Counted from the first letter of the stretch, positions 18,294 through 27,443 are shown. The stretch: DNA of 34,030 nt from an uncultured Burkholderiaceae bacterium (GCA_964411965.1 CAYPNW010000002.1:1-34030), one strand, 5' to 3'. Numbers and translations: made by a program. The notes: generated by a model from the letters alone, not told the origin.

Positions 18294-18883
18294 CAGCGCC
18301 AGACCTGATATGGAGACAATAGGTTTTCCACAGTCGTGGACATCGGGATCGCCGATGCGCTGCCAGCTATGGCTGTTTCGCGATTGGCATATAGATCCCC
18401 AGTCATCAGCAAAATGGCGGCGATGATGGGCGCGGGAACACTGTGTTCGAGGGGATTGCTCAAAGGTGTCTTGGCATAACCCGCGCGATATCGGATCCTG
18501 CCGGCTTCGCGTCGCACTGACCCCCCAATCCACGGCCATTCACCGGTGGGCTCAACATCTGTTCCGAAAAGCTCGACATCACCTAAATCCGCAGTCCGCT
18601 CCACATCAAGGGCATCGAGATACTTCACCGAAATCAGATCGATGACCGGGCCATAGGGCAAGCGAACAACGGGACATGTGTCTAGATGGAACCGGGCCTC
18701 TAGCGTTTGCGGGCCAAGGGCGCGACCAAGCCATCCAGCCGGGCCATCAATGTGCGCCGTGGCGGCCGCAACCAGCGCCTCGACATATGCCTTTTGTTCG
18801 GCATCCCCGTCGAGGCGCAGGTGTGCGTCGATCTCCTCCCACGATACAATAGGGTCAGGAGGAGTGACGACGACAACTCGCAT
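18293..18883 (-). CDS. Head-tail connector (HK97 gp6/SPP1 gp15-like)
   Basis: HLRLD, YRAGY, VPAPIIAAILLMTGDLYANRE motifs. Confidence 0.9.
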   Translation of the reverse strand: MRVVVVTPPDPIVSWEEIDAHLRLDGDAEQKAYVEALVAAATAHIDGPAGWLGRALGPQTLEARFHLDTCPVVRLPYGPVIDLISVKYLDALDVERTADLGDVELFGTDVEPTGEWPWIGGSVRREAGRIRYRAGYAKTPLSNPLEHSVPAPIIAAILLMTGDLYANRETAIAGSASAIPMSTTVENLLSPYQVWR

Positions 18884-19080
18884 CAGTTTGCGGAAGGTTT
18901 CGGTTTTGGGGCAGGGCGTGGCGCTTTGGGCGCATCTGGCGCTTTAGGAAGATCTTCCGGCGCGCGAGCGACTGCCTTCAGGCCCTCCAACATGGTGAAA
19001 TCAGCCTGACTGAATTCGCGTTCAGCGCCCTCTGGCTCTCCATCTAGTGGTTTTAGAAGTATTGCCTTGATCATGGCCAT
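18883..19080 (-). CDS. Small capsid-adjacent hypothetical protein
   Basis: GGAG RBS; Pro/Lys-rich tail; typical position after capsid. Confidence 0.7.
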   Translation of the reverse strand: MAMIKAILLKPLDGEPEGAEREFSQADFTMLEGLKAVARAPEDLPKAPDAPKAPRPAPKPKPSAN

Positions 19081-19100
19081 TCTCCGACATGGGAAAGACC

Positions 19101-19122
19101 GGGGCGGGCCGTAGCCCGCCCC
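19101..19122 (-). terminator. Stable hairpin after capsid gene (attenuator or RNA-stabilising stem)
   Basis: Perfect 9-bp stem GGGGCGGGC-TACG-GCCCGCCCC with cUACGg loop; weak U tract. Confidence 0.7.
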
Positions 19123-19129
19123 AGAGAGG

Positions 19130-20428
19130 TTACACTACGCGGCCGAGATCGCCGTACACGAATGCCTGCGGGCGATAGATCGCCAGTGCAAGCCGCTCTT
19201 CTGCGCGGATCGTAACCTTGTTCTTGATGAAGTTGTCCTGATCTTCGGTCGACACCTCAACGGTCGCATCCTGCCGGTCAAAGATCTGAGCGCCGAGATT
19301 AAAGGCACCAACCAGCGCCTTGTCGACGGTCATTGCCTGCGTTTCGACCACTGGCAGACCCCACAGACGCTTATCGATGGTGCCCTGGGGATTGCCGATC
19401 AGGTATCGGCCCTGACCGTCCTTCGCCATCTCGATCGCTGCCATATCGATGGGGTTCATCACGATGCCGTTGGCGGGATATTCCGCCAGGGCCACCTGAA
19501 GGATCATCAGGCGGATGATATCGATCTGGCTCGAAGCAGTCAGTCCGCCAGCCGCTGCATACGCGGTCGCGTTGGTGACGAGGCCAGGCAGATTCTGGCC
19601 GGTGCCAGACCCATTGAGCAACTGCAGCTCTTCATTGTAGGCCAGACCATAGCGCAGGCGCTGATCGATCATCGACCGCAGGGTCGGGATGTCAGCAAGT
19701 ACCTGCACCGATGCACGCATCCAGTGTGCGATCGTACGGACCGTGGCGACCGCATCTTCGAACTGCAGTTCCGACTGCGGCTTGGAAGTACCTTCGGCGA
19801 CGGGTGCCGCGTTATTGGTGAACAGCTTCTCGCGTTCATATTCGATCGAGTTGCTGGACGTGTTGCCGGGCGCAATCAGCGCACGGACGGTCATGCGGCG
19901 CTGTGGCAGCATGACGGGCGCCGCACGGTCAGGGCGGATAAGTGCGCCCACGCTACCAGCCGCATCGGTCGACAGTGAGGAGATGTCCTTCACATCAACG
20001 AGAATGCGCCCACGCGGACGGGTTTCGCCGGCGAATGCCTTGAACTTCTCGTCAGCCACAAAGCGCTCGCCTGGCGTTGTCGGGCCATCCTCTTCCGAGG
20101 TGCGGCGCGCCATCTTCTGCTCCATCTCGTCCATCCGAGACTTCGCTTCATTCATGCCGGTGATGGCCTGGTCAGCCAGCTCCTTGGCGGTGGCGGCAAG
20201 CGGGGTGCCCTTTTCGGCTTCGGCCAATGCCTTTTCAGCGATAGCCTTGACCTCATTGTGCTTGGCTTCGAACGTAGCCTTGGTCTCAGCAGCCAGCTGC
20301 TCAATAGTTTTGGTCTGGGGAGGGTGACCCTCACCATCGCGGATATATCGACCAAGGCGCCGTTCGTTCGCAGTCATCACACCGAGGAAACCGATGGCGC
20401 CCAGCGCCATAAACATATTCTTTTTCAT
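19130..20428 (-). CDS. Major capsid protein, HK97 family
   Basis: Coiled-coil delta domain; VAEGTSKP, TIAHW, LLNGSG, LWGLPVV, DNFIKNKVTIRAEER motifs. Confidence 0.97.
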   Translation of the reverse strand: MKKNMFMALGAIGFLGVMTANERRLGRYIRDGEGHPPQTKTIEQLAAETKATFEAKHNEVKAIAEKALAEAEKGTPLAATAKELADQAITGMNEAKSRMDEMEQKMARRTSEEDGPTTPGERFVADEKFKAFAGETRPRGRILVDVKDISSLSTDAAGSVGALIRPDRAAPVMLPQRRMTVRALIAPGNTSSNSIEYEREKLFTNNAAPVAEGTSKPQSELQFEDAVATVRTIAHWMRASVQVLADIPTLRSMIDQRLRYGLAYNEELQLLNGSGTGQNLPGLVTNATAYAAAGGLTASSQIDIIRLMILQVALAEYPANGIVMNPIDMAAIEMAKDGQGRYLIGNPQGTIDKRLWGLPVVETQAMTVDKALVGAFNLGAQIFDRQDATVEVSTEDQDNFIKNKVTIRAEERLALAIYRPQAFVYGDLGRVV

Positions 20429-20451
20429 GTGTATTCTCCGTGAGAAAGGGA

Positions 20452-21075
20452 TTAGGCGCGCATCAGCTCAAGATAGCGGCGCATGTCATCATCTGCCTTT
20501 GCCTCGGGCTCCCCCCGAAGAAGTGGCGCAGCCTTGGCCGCAATCGCGACCGACAGGCTTTTCGAGCACCCTGAATCCCTCAAGAATTGCTCAAATTCGC
20601 GAACCGTCGGCACCTTGCCGTCGGCCATAATATCTTTGACGCTGGATATGAGAGCGCGCTCGTTCATCGGGATCGCCACAAGCGACGCCTCGTGCAGCCC
20701 GACCTCGATAAGTTCACGCGCCTCATCCGTGTACCGCTCTTTGACAGCGCGATACCCGATCGAAAGGCCAGAGAGCGCACCGTCTCGGGCAAGAGCCAGC
20801 GCCTCCTGCCCGGTCGATGTCGCTTTCGAGATCTTGCCGGTCATTTTCAGACCCTTGGTAGTATCCTCAAACGAGCTCCAGACACCGATCGGGAGACGCT
20901 GATCGTGATAGAGCAGCATGGGAAGCGCCTTGCGACCCTTCAAAGTCTTGGTGAACGCGCCTGGCAGGATCACGTCACCACCATAGTCAACGTTATTATA
21001 AGCGGCTGCCAAGCCCGTGATCGTACCGTCTTCGCTGACATCTTTAAGGTCCAGCGGAAAATCCAGATGTATCAT
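20452..21075 (-). CDS. HK97-family prohead protease
   Basis: DVILPGAF, MLLYHD..PIG, GLSIGY, LHEASLV..PMN motifs. Confidence 0.95.
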   Translation of the reverse strand: MIHLDFPLDLKDVSEDGTITGLAAAYNNVDYGGDVILPGAFTKTLKGRKALPMLLYHDQRLPIGVWSSFEDTTKGLKMTGKISKATSTGQEALALARDGALSGLSIGYRAVKERYTDEARELIEVGLHEASLVAIPMNERALISSVKDIMADGKVPTVREFEQFLRDSGCSKSLSVAIAAKAAPLLRGEPEAKADDDMRRYLELMRA

Positions 21076-21077
21076 CG

Positions 21078-22352
21078 CTATTCCTTTGTCCCGGCAATGA
21101 CGTCCTGAAGCGGCACGTCCTGCATCTGCGCCATGAGCACATCGCCGCCGGCAATAGGGGGGAGCCCCTCGATTGCTCGGATCTCGTTCTTGGTCATGAA
21201 CTGCTTCATGATGTTGTAGAAAGTGGCTCGACCTTCGCTATCGCCGCGCAGGAAGCCTTCGATGTTAAACTCGATCGACACGCCTGCATCGCGATCTGCG
21301 CGCGTTAGAAGCTGCTTTTCGAGGGCACCCTCTATGCGTTTGAGGCGCTTGCGCAGCTTGAACTTCACAAAGCCGAGCGTCTGTTCCTTGATGCTGCTGC
21401 CCAGCGTGGTGTTGCCTTCGGTGTGGCCCACAAGGTGCGGCGGAACATCAAAAATCCGGCAGATTTCTTCGACACCAAACTTGCGGCTTTCCAGCATCTG
21501 CGCATCGCCCGGATCGATCGACAGCGCTTCCCACTTAAGGCCACCATCCAGCAGCATCGGGCGTCCGGCGTTCGCCGACCCAATGAACTTCTCCTGCAGC
21601 AGCAGTTCCAGATCGGCGCGCTGCTCCTTGGTCAGCGTCCCGCCTTCCTTCGTCAGGATGCCGCTCGATAGAACACCGTTTGCAAACACCCTGGCCGCTG
21701 CGCTGTCGGCTGATGCGGCGGCCGTAAATGCCTGACGGCACACCGTGAGCGGCGAGAGTCCGCCAAGAGGAGATCCGCCGAAGCCCCGGATGTGCAGCAT
21801 TTGCTCCTGCGTCACGGTCCGCTGCCTGCCATCATCGGTCCATTTATATTCGATGTCGCCGCTGGCCAGCCGCCGCGCATTGATAATGTCGGGCCGGATA
21901 GGCGTCAGTGCGGTGATATATCCGCCATTACGCGCGGTGATTTCCGCATAGGCATTGCCCTGCAGTTCGATCGAGGCAGCCATGAACTCCCAAAAGTCGA
22001 AGGCTGACTGATCGTAATTGGGGCTGGTATGCAGCAGCCAGTACAGCGGATGTTGCTTATCCTCGACCGGCACACCGCCCGGCCCATTGCGATATACCGT
22101 GAGGGGTAGTGATGCGATCGTCCCCGCAATGAAGTTAACGCACGCCCATGTGGTCGAAAGCCCGAGCACGTTCTTGCTTGTGCCGGAATCATTGTGTTCG
22201 GCGACCGTGATCCGATTGGTGACGAAGTTATCTCGATCATGCGCACCCGCAGGCTGTCCGCCACGAAATACCGTGACGTCCTTCCGCTCCATCGACCGCG
22301 CATACCGAGCCTCGGCAGCGGCGGCACCAGCGGATAACCTATAGCCGGTCAT
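21078..22352 (-). CDS. Portal protein, HK97 family
   Basis: ACVNFIAGTIASLPL, GNAY, MLHIRGF, DAQMLESRKF..EEICRIFDVPP, NEIRA.EGLPP. Confidence 0.96.
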   Translation of the reverse strand: MTGYRLSAGAAAAEARYARSMERKDVTVFRGGQPAGAHDRDNFVTNRITVAEHNDSGTSKNVLGLSTTWACVNFIAGTIASLPLTVYRNGPGGVPVEDKQHPLYWLLHTSPNYDQSAFDFWEFMAASIELQGNAYAEITARNGGYITALTPIRPDIINARRLASGDIEYKWTDDGRQRTVTQEQMLHIRGFGGSPLGGLSPLTVCRQAFTAAASADSAAARVFANGVLSSGILTKEGGTLTKEQRADLELLLQEKFIGSANAGRPMLLDGGLKWEALSIDPGDAQMLESRKFGVEEICRIFDVPPHLVGHTEGNTTLGSSIKEQTLGFVKFKLRKRLKRIEGALEKQLLTRADRDAGVSIEFNIEGFLRGDSEGRATFYNIMKQFMTKNEIRAIEGLPPIAGGDVLMAQMQDVPLQDVIAGTKE

Positions 22353-24151
22353 GCGTAGCTCTTGATCCAGCTGTCGATGTCCAGCGATTCATCGGGCAAC
22401 TGCATGGGTGCCATCGCATTGATGGCCGCATCGATGCCGTCAATCTTATTGAGCGACATCGGCGTCTCCTTTTTCGGCATGATCGATCCGTTGACCCGTC
22501 GGTCAACCACCGCATTCCCGGCCATCCACGTCATGACTGGATTGCCGTCGTGAACAATCTGATGTGCGCCAGCCTTGACCCGCGCTTCGAGATCCTTGGC
22601 AGGATCTGTAACATTGTTGGCGTTCTTCGACAGGATGCCGGCAAGCTCATTGTCGCCGTCGCCCAGATCTTCATTCAGTTTCGACGCCATAGCCTGGGCA
22701 GCGGCAAACTGGTCGAACGTAATCTTCTTGACGTTCAGCGCCGAATGCAGCCGGCGAATGTGGCGCTCCACTTTGTTGTGATCGACGAAATCACCGCGCG
22801 TCGTCCAGAGATAACGTCCGGCTTTCCAGTTGCGATAGAGCTCGACGATCTGCTTGGATGCCGGGTCAGCTCGTGACAGCGCGGCGTCCGGCAGAAAGAA
22901 CCATGTTTTCAATAGCAACTTGCCACTCGCATCAATCGCCGCGAGCGCAACAGCTGTGATGTCATCCTTATCGGCAAGGTCGGCGCCGATGTAGCAGTCC
23001 AGCCCCCGAAAGTCTGATAGCTTCAAATTCTCGTTGCCGCAGGCAATCCACTGACTGACATTGAGCCATGCCGATGCGGCGCCGATCCAAATGTTCAGAC
23101 GCTTTGTCTTGAACTCCCCTTCCGCAGATGGGCTGTTCTGTGCCTCTATTGCGTACTTTCGAAGCTCGTCCAGCTGCACCGCAGCGCCGAGAAGCGGATT
23201 GGCCTTACCCCAGTTCCGCTCATCGTAAGGATCGTCGCCCTCTTTGCGCTCCGGCGTAAAGTCTTTCGGGCCATCGAGCGTAAATATGATGCCGAAGATA
23301 TGCTCGGCGATAACTGACCGCTCAAGCACCTTCGTCGCCATCGTCCGCTGCTCGTAGCAGACACCATGAGTATTCGATCCGGCTGTCGTAATCTGCCAGA
23401 GCATAGGCTGCTTACGGGCACCGAATGCCGAACGCATCACGTCATAGAGGCCGCGATCAGAGTGAGCGTGCAGCTCGTCCATCGTAACCAGGTGCGGGTT
23501 GTGACCGTCCTGAGTCTTGGACTTTGCATGCAATGGCTGCATGTAGCCACCATTGTCTGCGCACGTGATGGACTTTGCCCATGGGATAATCCCGAACGCC
23601 TCCTGCAGTTCGGGCATCTTCTCGACCATCCGTTTTGCGGGATGGAAAACCTTCTTCGCCTGGTCGAACGTCGTCGCGGCCGTCAGGATCTGCGGACCAA
23701 CCTCATTCTCGCAGGCCAGGCAATAGAGCGAGATGCCGGCCGTCTTGGTCGACTTCGCGTTTTTGCGGGCCACTTCCTCATAAACCACCGTGAACCGACG
23801 TAGGCCTGTCGCCTTGACGCGCCAGCCGAACACGACCGCGAGGATGAATATCTGCGCAGGCTCCAAGACAATCGTGGGCTTTTCCCAGACGCCCTCGATG
23901 TGCGGCAGCTTCTCCATGAAGTCGCAGATGTCATTGGCGTGCCACGGGTCGAACCGGTATCCCCAGTCTTTAGCCCGCTGCCGCTTCAGATCGTCGATAT
24001 GACGCTGGGCGGCTAGGCGAACCCACTTGCAATGATCGAGTTGTTGTTTGTCACCAGCGGCACGTTTCGCATATGCGAGCGCTATGCTGGCATAATCACG
24101 TGCGTGCCCGGTGTCCGTTCCGCGCGAACGGGTTGCCCGGCTTGGCGGCAT
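22349..24151 (-). CDS. Terminase large subunit
   Basis: Walker A VARKNAKST, Walker B MDELH, ITTAG, GADLA, KIDG; GGAGGA RBS before ATG 24151. Confidence 0.96.
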   Translation of the reverse strand: MPPSRATRSRGTDTGHARDYASIALAYAKRAAGDKQQLDHCKWVRLAAQRHIDDLKRQRAKDWGYRFDPWHANDICDFMEKLPHIEGVWEKPTIVLEPAQIFILAVVFGWRVKATGLRRFTVVYEEVARKNAKSTKTAGISLYCLACENEVGPQILTAATTFDQAKKVFHPAKRMVEKMPELQEAFGIIPWAKSITCADNGGYMQPLHAKSKTQDGHNPHLVTMDELHAHSDRGLYDVMRSAFGARKQPMLWQITTAGSNTHGVCYEQRTMATKVLERSVIAEHIFGIIFTLDGPKDFTPERKEGDDPYDERNWGKANPLLGAAVQLDELRKYAIEAQNSPSAEGEFKTKRLNIWIGAASAWLNVSQWIACGNENLKLSDFRGLDCYIGADLADKDDITAVALAAIDASGKLLLKTWFFLPDAALSRADPASKQIVELYRNWKAGRYLWTTRGDFVDHNKVERHIRRLHSALNVKKITFDQFAAAQAMASKLNEDLGDGDNELAGILSKNANNVTDPAKDLEARVKAGAHQIVHDGNPVMTWMAGNAVVDRRVNGSIMPKKETPMSLNKIDGIDAAINAMAPMQLPDESLDIDSWIKSYA

Positions 24152-24518
24152 CCGATGTTCCTCCGCCCCCTATGCGGCTTTTCGGTCCAGCGATCCGCAG
24201 CAGTTCCTCGTGCTGGCGAAGCACCGTGAGGTATGCGGCTGGCGGAGGCTCGCCCCCGGCCTTGAACGCCAGCCGCACCAAGGCTTCGAGCGAACAGTAT
24301 CGCGCGAAGAGAGCGCTATCGACCTCGGTCACCCCCGCCGACATCACGCGCCCAATGGTTTCCTGCCATACGTCGATCGCGCCCGGCGTAAGATAGTCGG
24401 GCATGATCGGCGGATCGCCGGGAACGATGATCTCTGTTTTGACGCCGTCGCGGACTGGCTGAAATGTGCCGCGCGACAGTTTTACCGAAGGGGTCTCCGG
24501 CTTCGGACCTCTCTTCAT
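24096..24518 (-). CDS. Terminase small subunit (P27-like)
   Basis: Start refined to MKRGPKP at 24518; PDYL...A...W, D.ALFARYC, NPFA C-terminus. Confidence 0.85.
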   Translation of the reverse strand: MKRGPKPETPSVKLSRGTFQPVRDGVKTEIIVPGDPPIMPDYLTPGAIDVWQETIGRVMSAGVTEVDSALFARYCSLEALVRLAFKAGGEPPPAAYLTVLRQHEELLRIAGPKSRIGGGGTSDAAKPGNPFARNGHRART

Positions 24519-24569
24519 GGGGCTCTCCGAGAAGCGAATTACTCGCAATACCAATAACATGAGCGTGCA

Positions 24570-24685
24570 ATTTAATTGGTGGCGAAAGTTTAATTCACCC
24601 CAAAGGTTTAATCCGCACGCGCGAAAATTTGACTAGGGGCGCGGTCAGGAGGCGACCGGCTGGGGACTTTTCGACCCCCCCCCTA
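24570..24685 (-). promoter_or_regulatory. Putative cos packaging region
   Basis: Intergenic between HNH and terS; G9 run, GACCGCGCCCC core, then AT-rich periodic repeats, as in HK97-like 3'-cos phages. Confidence 0.6.
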
Positions 24686-25021
24686 CCTCTGTCGAGAGGC
24701 GGCCGATGCCCGCGCGCTTTCCTTTGCAGTCTTGGCCTTGTGGCAGTCGCTGCAGATGCCCTGCATGTTGAGCCGGTCGCCTGTCCCACCCTCGGCCAGC
24801 GGGGTAATGTGATCCGCAGTCGTCGATGCCGTTACGCGGTTCACTGCGAGGCATGGTCGACACAGCGGCTCTTCACGCAACACGATGATGCGCATCTGTT
24901 GATGCGCCCATCCATAGCCGCGAGCAGTCGTCTTGCGTTCCCTTTTATGTGCCCAGGACTTAGGCTTGCTCGCAGGTTTGCCTATGCCAACCTTCACCTT
25001 GGGTGGACGGCTGGGCATCAA
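24683..25021 (-). CDS. HNH endonuclease (HK97 gp74-like terminase cofactor)
   Basis: RGYG..H, LCRPC, DHITP...GG....N.QGICSDCHKAKT; adjacent to terS. Confidence 0.93.
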   Translation of the reverse strand: MMPSRPPKVKVGIGKPASKPKSWAHKRERKTTARGYGWAHQQMRIIVLREEPLCRPCLAVNRVTASTTADHITPLAEGGTGDRLNMQGICSDCHKAKTAKESARASAASRQR

Positions 25022-25191
25022 CCGCGACCACGAACCACAGCGCGTACCTCGTTGGCGATGCGCTCAGCCTCAGCGATCAGGCGATCGGCACGCTGCACAC
25101 AGTGCGATGGCTCACCGTAGTCGAATGCAAGCAAGTGCAGGTCGGACGCCAGTTGCTCAAGCCTACGTGAAGCGGGCAGGGCGGTCGGCAT
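25018..25191 (-). CDS. Small hypothetical protein, 57 aa
   Basis: GGAGG RBS before ATG 25191; stop overlaps HNH start. Confidence 0.6.
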   Translation of the reverse strand: MPTALPASRRLEQLASDLHLLAFDYGEPSHCVQRADRLIAEAERIANEVRAVVRGRG

Positions 25192-25294
25192 CGATGACCT
25201 CCAGATACGACAACGCCCGCTCACCGTGTCTCGGTTGCGGGCGCAATTCCTATGCCGTGATATGTGCCACATACGGCACCCCCGATCAAGCGCT

Positions 25295-25900
25295 TTATCC
25301 AGTCCTGATATAGGGGATCACGCGCTCGGCCATGCACGCGACAGCCTGCAGGAACTCATCGCGTATCACACCGGCATGTTTGCCCGATCGTGGCACGATC
25401 TTCACCTTATGCACGCCGTTAAGGATCCAGCGCTGCTCACGGCTGCCCCATCGATCCATGGCCACCTGGGCATAGCTCTTGTCGTCCAGTGCCACGGCGC
25501 GCAGGGTATGAACTGTCGCACCGATGCCTACCTCGGCGAATGACACATCGCCAGTGGCGAACAGCGCAGCCAGCAAGGGGCCATCGCCACCACCGCCGAC
25601 ATCATCGCGATTGAGCACCGAGCGAACAGGTGAACGCTGGCCTGCCTCCCACGCGTTGCGGTAGAAGCGCAGCGCGCGGAGCGTGTCGTCACTGATGCCA
25701 GTTGCCTCACGGCGGGCCAGCTCCTCGAAATAAGGCTCGCGGCGATATGCCTTGCCGATAGACACTGCCACCTTGCCGGGCTCAACATCTACTATGTCCT
25801 GCATGGCATAGTTCGCGCGCAACTGCTGTTCAGGTGTTGGCGCAATTATGTCCTTCGGTGTCCGATCTGCGCGCTTTGCCGCATTACGTCGACGTGCCAT
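25295..25900 (-). CDS. Hypothetical protein, candidate late-gene regulator (Q-position)
   Basis: Last early gene before packaging module; C-terminal HTH-like segment LRAVALDDKSYAQVAMDRWG. Confidence 0.6.
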   Translation of the reverse strand: MARRRNAAKRADRTPKDIIAPTPEQQLRANYAMQDIVDVEPGKVAVSIGKAYRREPYFEELARREATGISDDTLRALRFYRNAWEAGQRSPVRSVLNRDDVGGGGDGPLLAALFATGDVSFAEVGIGATVHTLRAVALDDKSYAQVAMDRWGSREQRWILNGVHKVKIVPRSGKHAGVIRDEFLQAVACMAERVIPYIRTG

Positions 25901-25914
25901 TACCTTGTAACTCC

Positions 25915-25929
25915 GTTCTCTTATTGTTC
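25915..25929. promoter_or_regulatory. LexA (SOS) box, alphaproteobacterial type
   Basis: GTTC-TCTTATT-GTTC is an exact GTTC-N7-GTTC with AT-rich spacer, intergenic, 14 bp from the start codon at 25900. Confidence 0.75.
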
Positions 25930-26498
25930 TATCTGTGTGTCGGGTTCAGCGCCAGCACCTGACCGACCATTTCCGTGACCTCGTTCCGCTGCTCATCTGT
26001 TAGGGGCTCAGGCTCCGGGCGCCATTCACGCTCATGCTTGAGCACGAGGAACTTCGCGCGCGACCAAAGCCAGTCCCTGCGGTTGCGGCTGGGCGCCGCC
26101 GCGGCGATGATGTCAGCGACCGAGGGGAAGAACCGGGATTCACGGATCAGCTTCTGATAGGCGAAACGCAGATCGTGCAGCGGGATCGTCCGCAGGGTTT
26201 TCCAGTAGATCTCCAACCTTGCCGCGGCTTCCGTGTCGGATGACTGGGCTTTGGGCAGCGCGATCGACAACTCGCCCAGCATCTTGTTCACGTGACCGCG
26301 CTCTGGCAGCGGTGGTGGAGGTGCCGCGAGATATTCGCGCAGGGCATTGGCACTCACCGGCCCGACGGCTGGCAGGTCGAGGATGTTGCCCGGTGTCTCA
26401 AGCAGATCCTGCAGCTTCTGAGGCAAGGATGGCGCGGACCATGGGGTCTCGGATGTCGTCACGGTCTGTGCGCCGGTTGTGGTGGCGAGGTGTCCCAT
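25929..26498 (-). CDS. Hypothetical replication-associated protein (helicase loader/inhibitor-like)
   Basis: Follows initiator; Y...L..IP...L..A...LIRESRFFPSVADI pattern; start uncertain. Confidence 0.55.
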   Translation of the reverse strand: MGHLATTTGAQTVTTSETPWSAPSLPQKLQDLLETPGNILDLPAVGPVSANALREYLAAPPPPLPERGHVNKMLGELSIALPKAQSSDTEAAARLEIYWKTLRTIPLHDLRFAYQKLIRESRFFPSVADIIAAAAPSRNRRDWLWSRAKFLVLKHEREWRPEPEPLTDEQRNEVTEMVGQVLALNPTHR

Positions 26499-26994
26499 CT
26501 TCGTCAGCTTTCTCAATCCATGTTCGAAATGCGGCTTGCCAGTCTTTCGACGTTCGGCCCTTGTCGGAGGCGTGATCGCGGAAGCGTCGAAGCTCCCGCT
26601 CGATCTTGCCCGGTGGCCAACCATCCACGATCTGCTGCGCCCGTGCTGTCAGGATCGGCTGCCAGTCATCCGGCATCCGGCATCCGGCCCTCGTACGCGT
26701 GGGTGTTTCTCTCACGGGGGTGGGGGTGGGGGTGGGTTTGTTGGAGGGGTCTGGGGAGGAAGAAAGGGAGGGGGCGGGAGAGGGGGTGAAGGCGTCAATG
26801 TCCTGTGACTGTCCTGTGACTGTCGCGTGACTGTCACGCTCCCGGTCACGCTGACGACGTTTCCGTTCGGCGGCCTTCGCCCTGGCTTCATCAACTTGAC
26901 CCTGCGCCAGCTCCACGGCATCGACCGCCATGATGATAGCCTCTATCGGTGCGCCCGCTTCTACCATGCGCCGCATCAGCGCTCCGATGCTCAC
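26398..26994 (-). CDS. Phage replication initiator-like protein (DnaT-like C-terminal domain)
   Basis: AERKRRQR, internal iterons, Pro/Thr linker, RMPDDWQP...FRDH...DWQAAFRTWI. Confidence 0.7.
   Translation of the reverse strand: MSIGALMRRMVEAGAPIEAIIMAVDAVELAQGQVDEARAKAAERKRRQRDRERDSHATVTGQSQDIDAFTPSPAPSLSSSPDPSNKPTPTPTPVRETPTRTRAGCRMPDDWQPILTARAQQIVDGWPPGKIERELRRFRDHASDKGRTSKDWQAAFRTWIEKADEDGTPRHHNRRTDRDDIRDPMVRAILASEAAGSA
26799..26840. repeat. 11-bp tandem iterons, putative phage origin
   Basis: TGTCCTGTGAC x2, TGTCGCGTGAC, partial TGTCACGCT inside the initiator gene. Confidence 0.7.
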
Positions 26995-27443
26995 AGCGTC
27001 ACCACGATGCGTCCAGCCGGCACCGGCTCATGAAACAGGAACGTCAGATCGAAATGCGCGTCATCGACCTTGATCGCATCGGCGACGCCATCAAGGATGC
27101 TCTTGCATGCGCCCTTCATGCCATCCTGATCGCGACGACGGCGATCCGGAGGATAGATGCCGATCAGCACACGGACCTTGCTGCCATCGGCGCTCCACTG
27201 CGGCACCAGCTTGGCTTCCAGCGCCAAAGCCCACGCCAGCTCGCGCTGCGCTTTCACCGGGCCGCTGTAGGCACGCCAATGGTGACTCTGGCGGAAGTTC
27301 GGCCATACTTGCGGCGCAGGCCAAGGCATCACTATGGAATTGGCCGGTGCAGCGAAGGGCGCAAGCATAACAGATGTCGCCCTGCGCTTGGCTGGGGCCT
27401 TTGCTGCCACACCGCCCAAAGGATGGAACCAACGCCGCTTCAT
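26991..27443 (-). CDS. rusA: RusA-like Holliday junction resolvase
   Basis: PPDRRRRDQDG..K..LDGVADA..VDD catalytic pattern. Confidence 0.8.
   Translation of the reverse strand: MKRRWFHPLGGVAAKAPAKRRATSVMLAPFAAPANSIVMPWPAPQVWPNFRQSHHWRAYSGPVKAQRELAWALALEAKLVPQWSADGSKVRVLIGIYPPDRRRRDQDGMKGACKSILDGVADAIKVDDAHFDLTFLFHEPVPAGRIVVTL

Noticed and set aside
24571-24613. CtrA box
   Set aside because: TTAA half-sites are 14 bp apart, not the TTAA-N7-TTAA consensus
24683-25021. HNH as homing endonuclease or defence nuclease
   Set aside because: Size and position beside cos/terS fit a packaging cofactor
26799-26850. CRISPR-like repeats
   Set aside because: Short contiguous 11-mers with no spacers, inside a coding region
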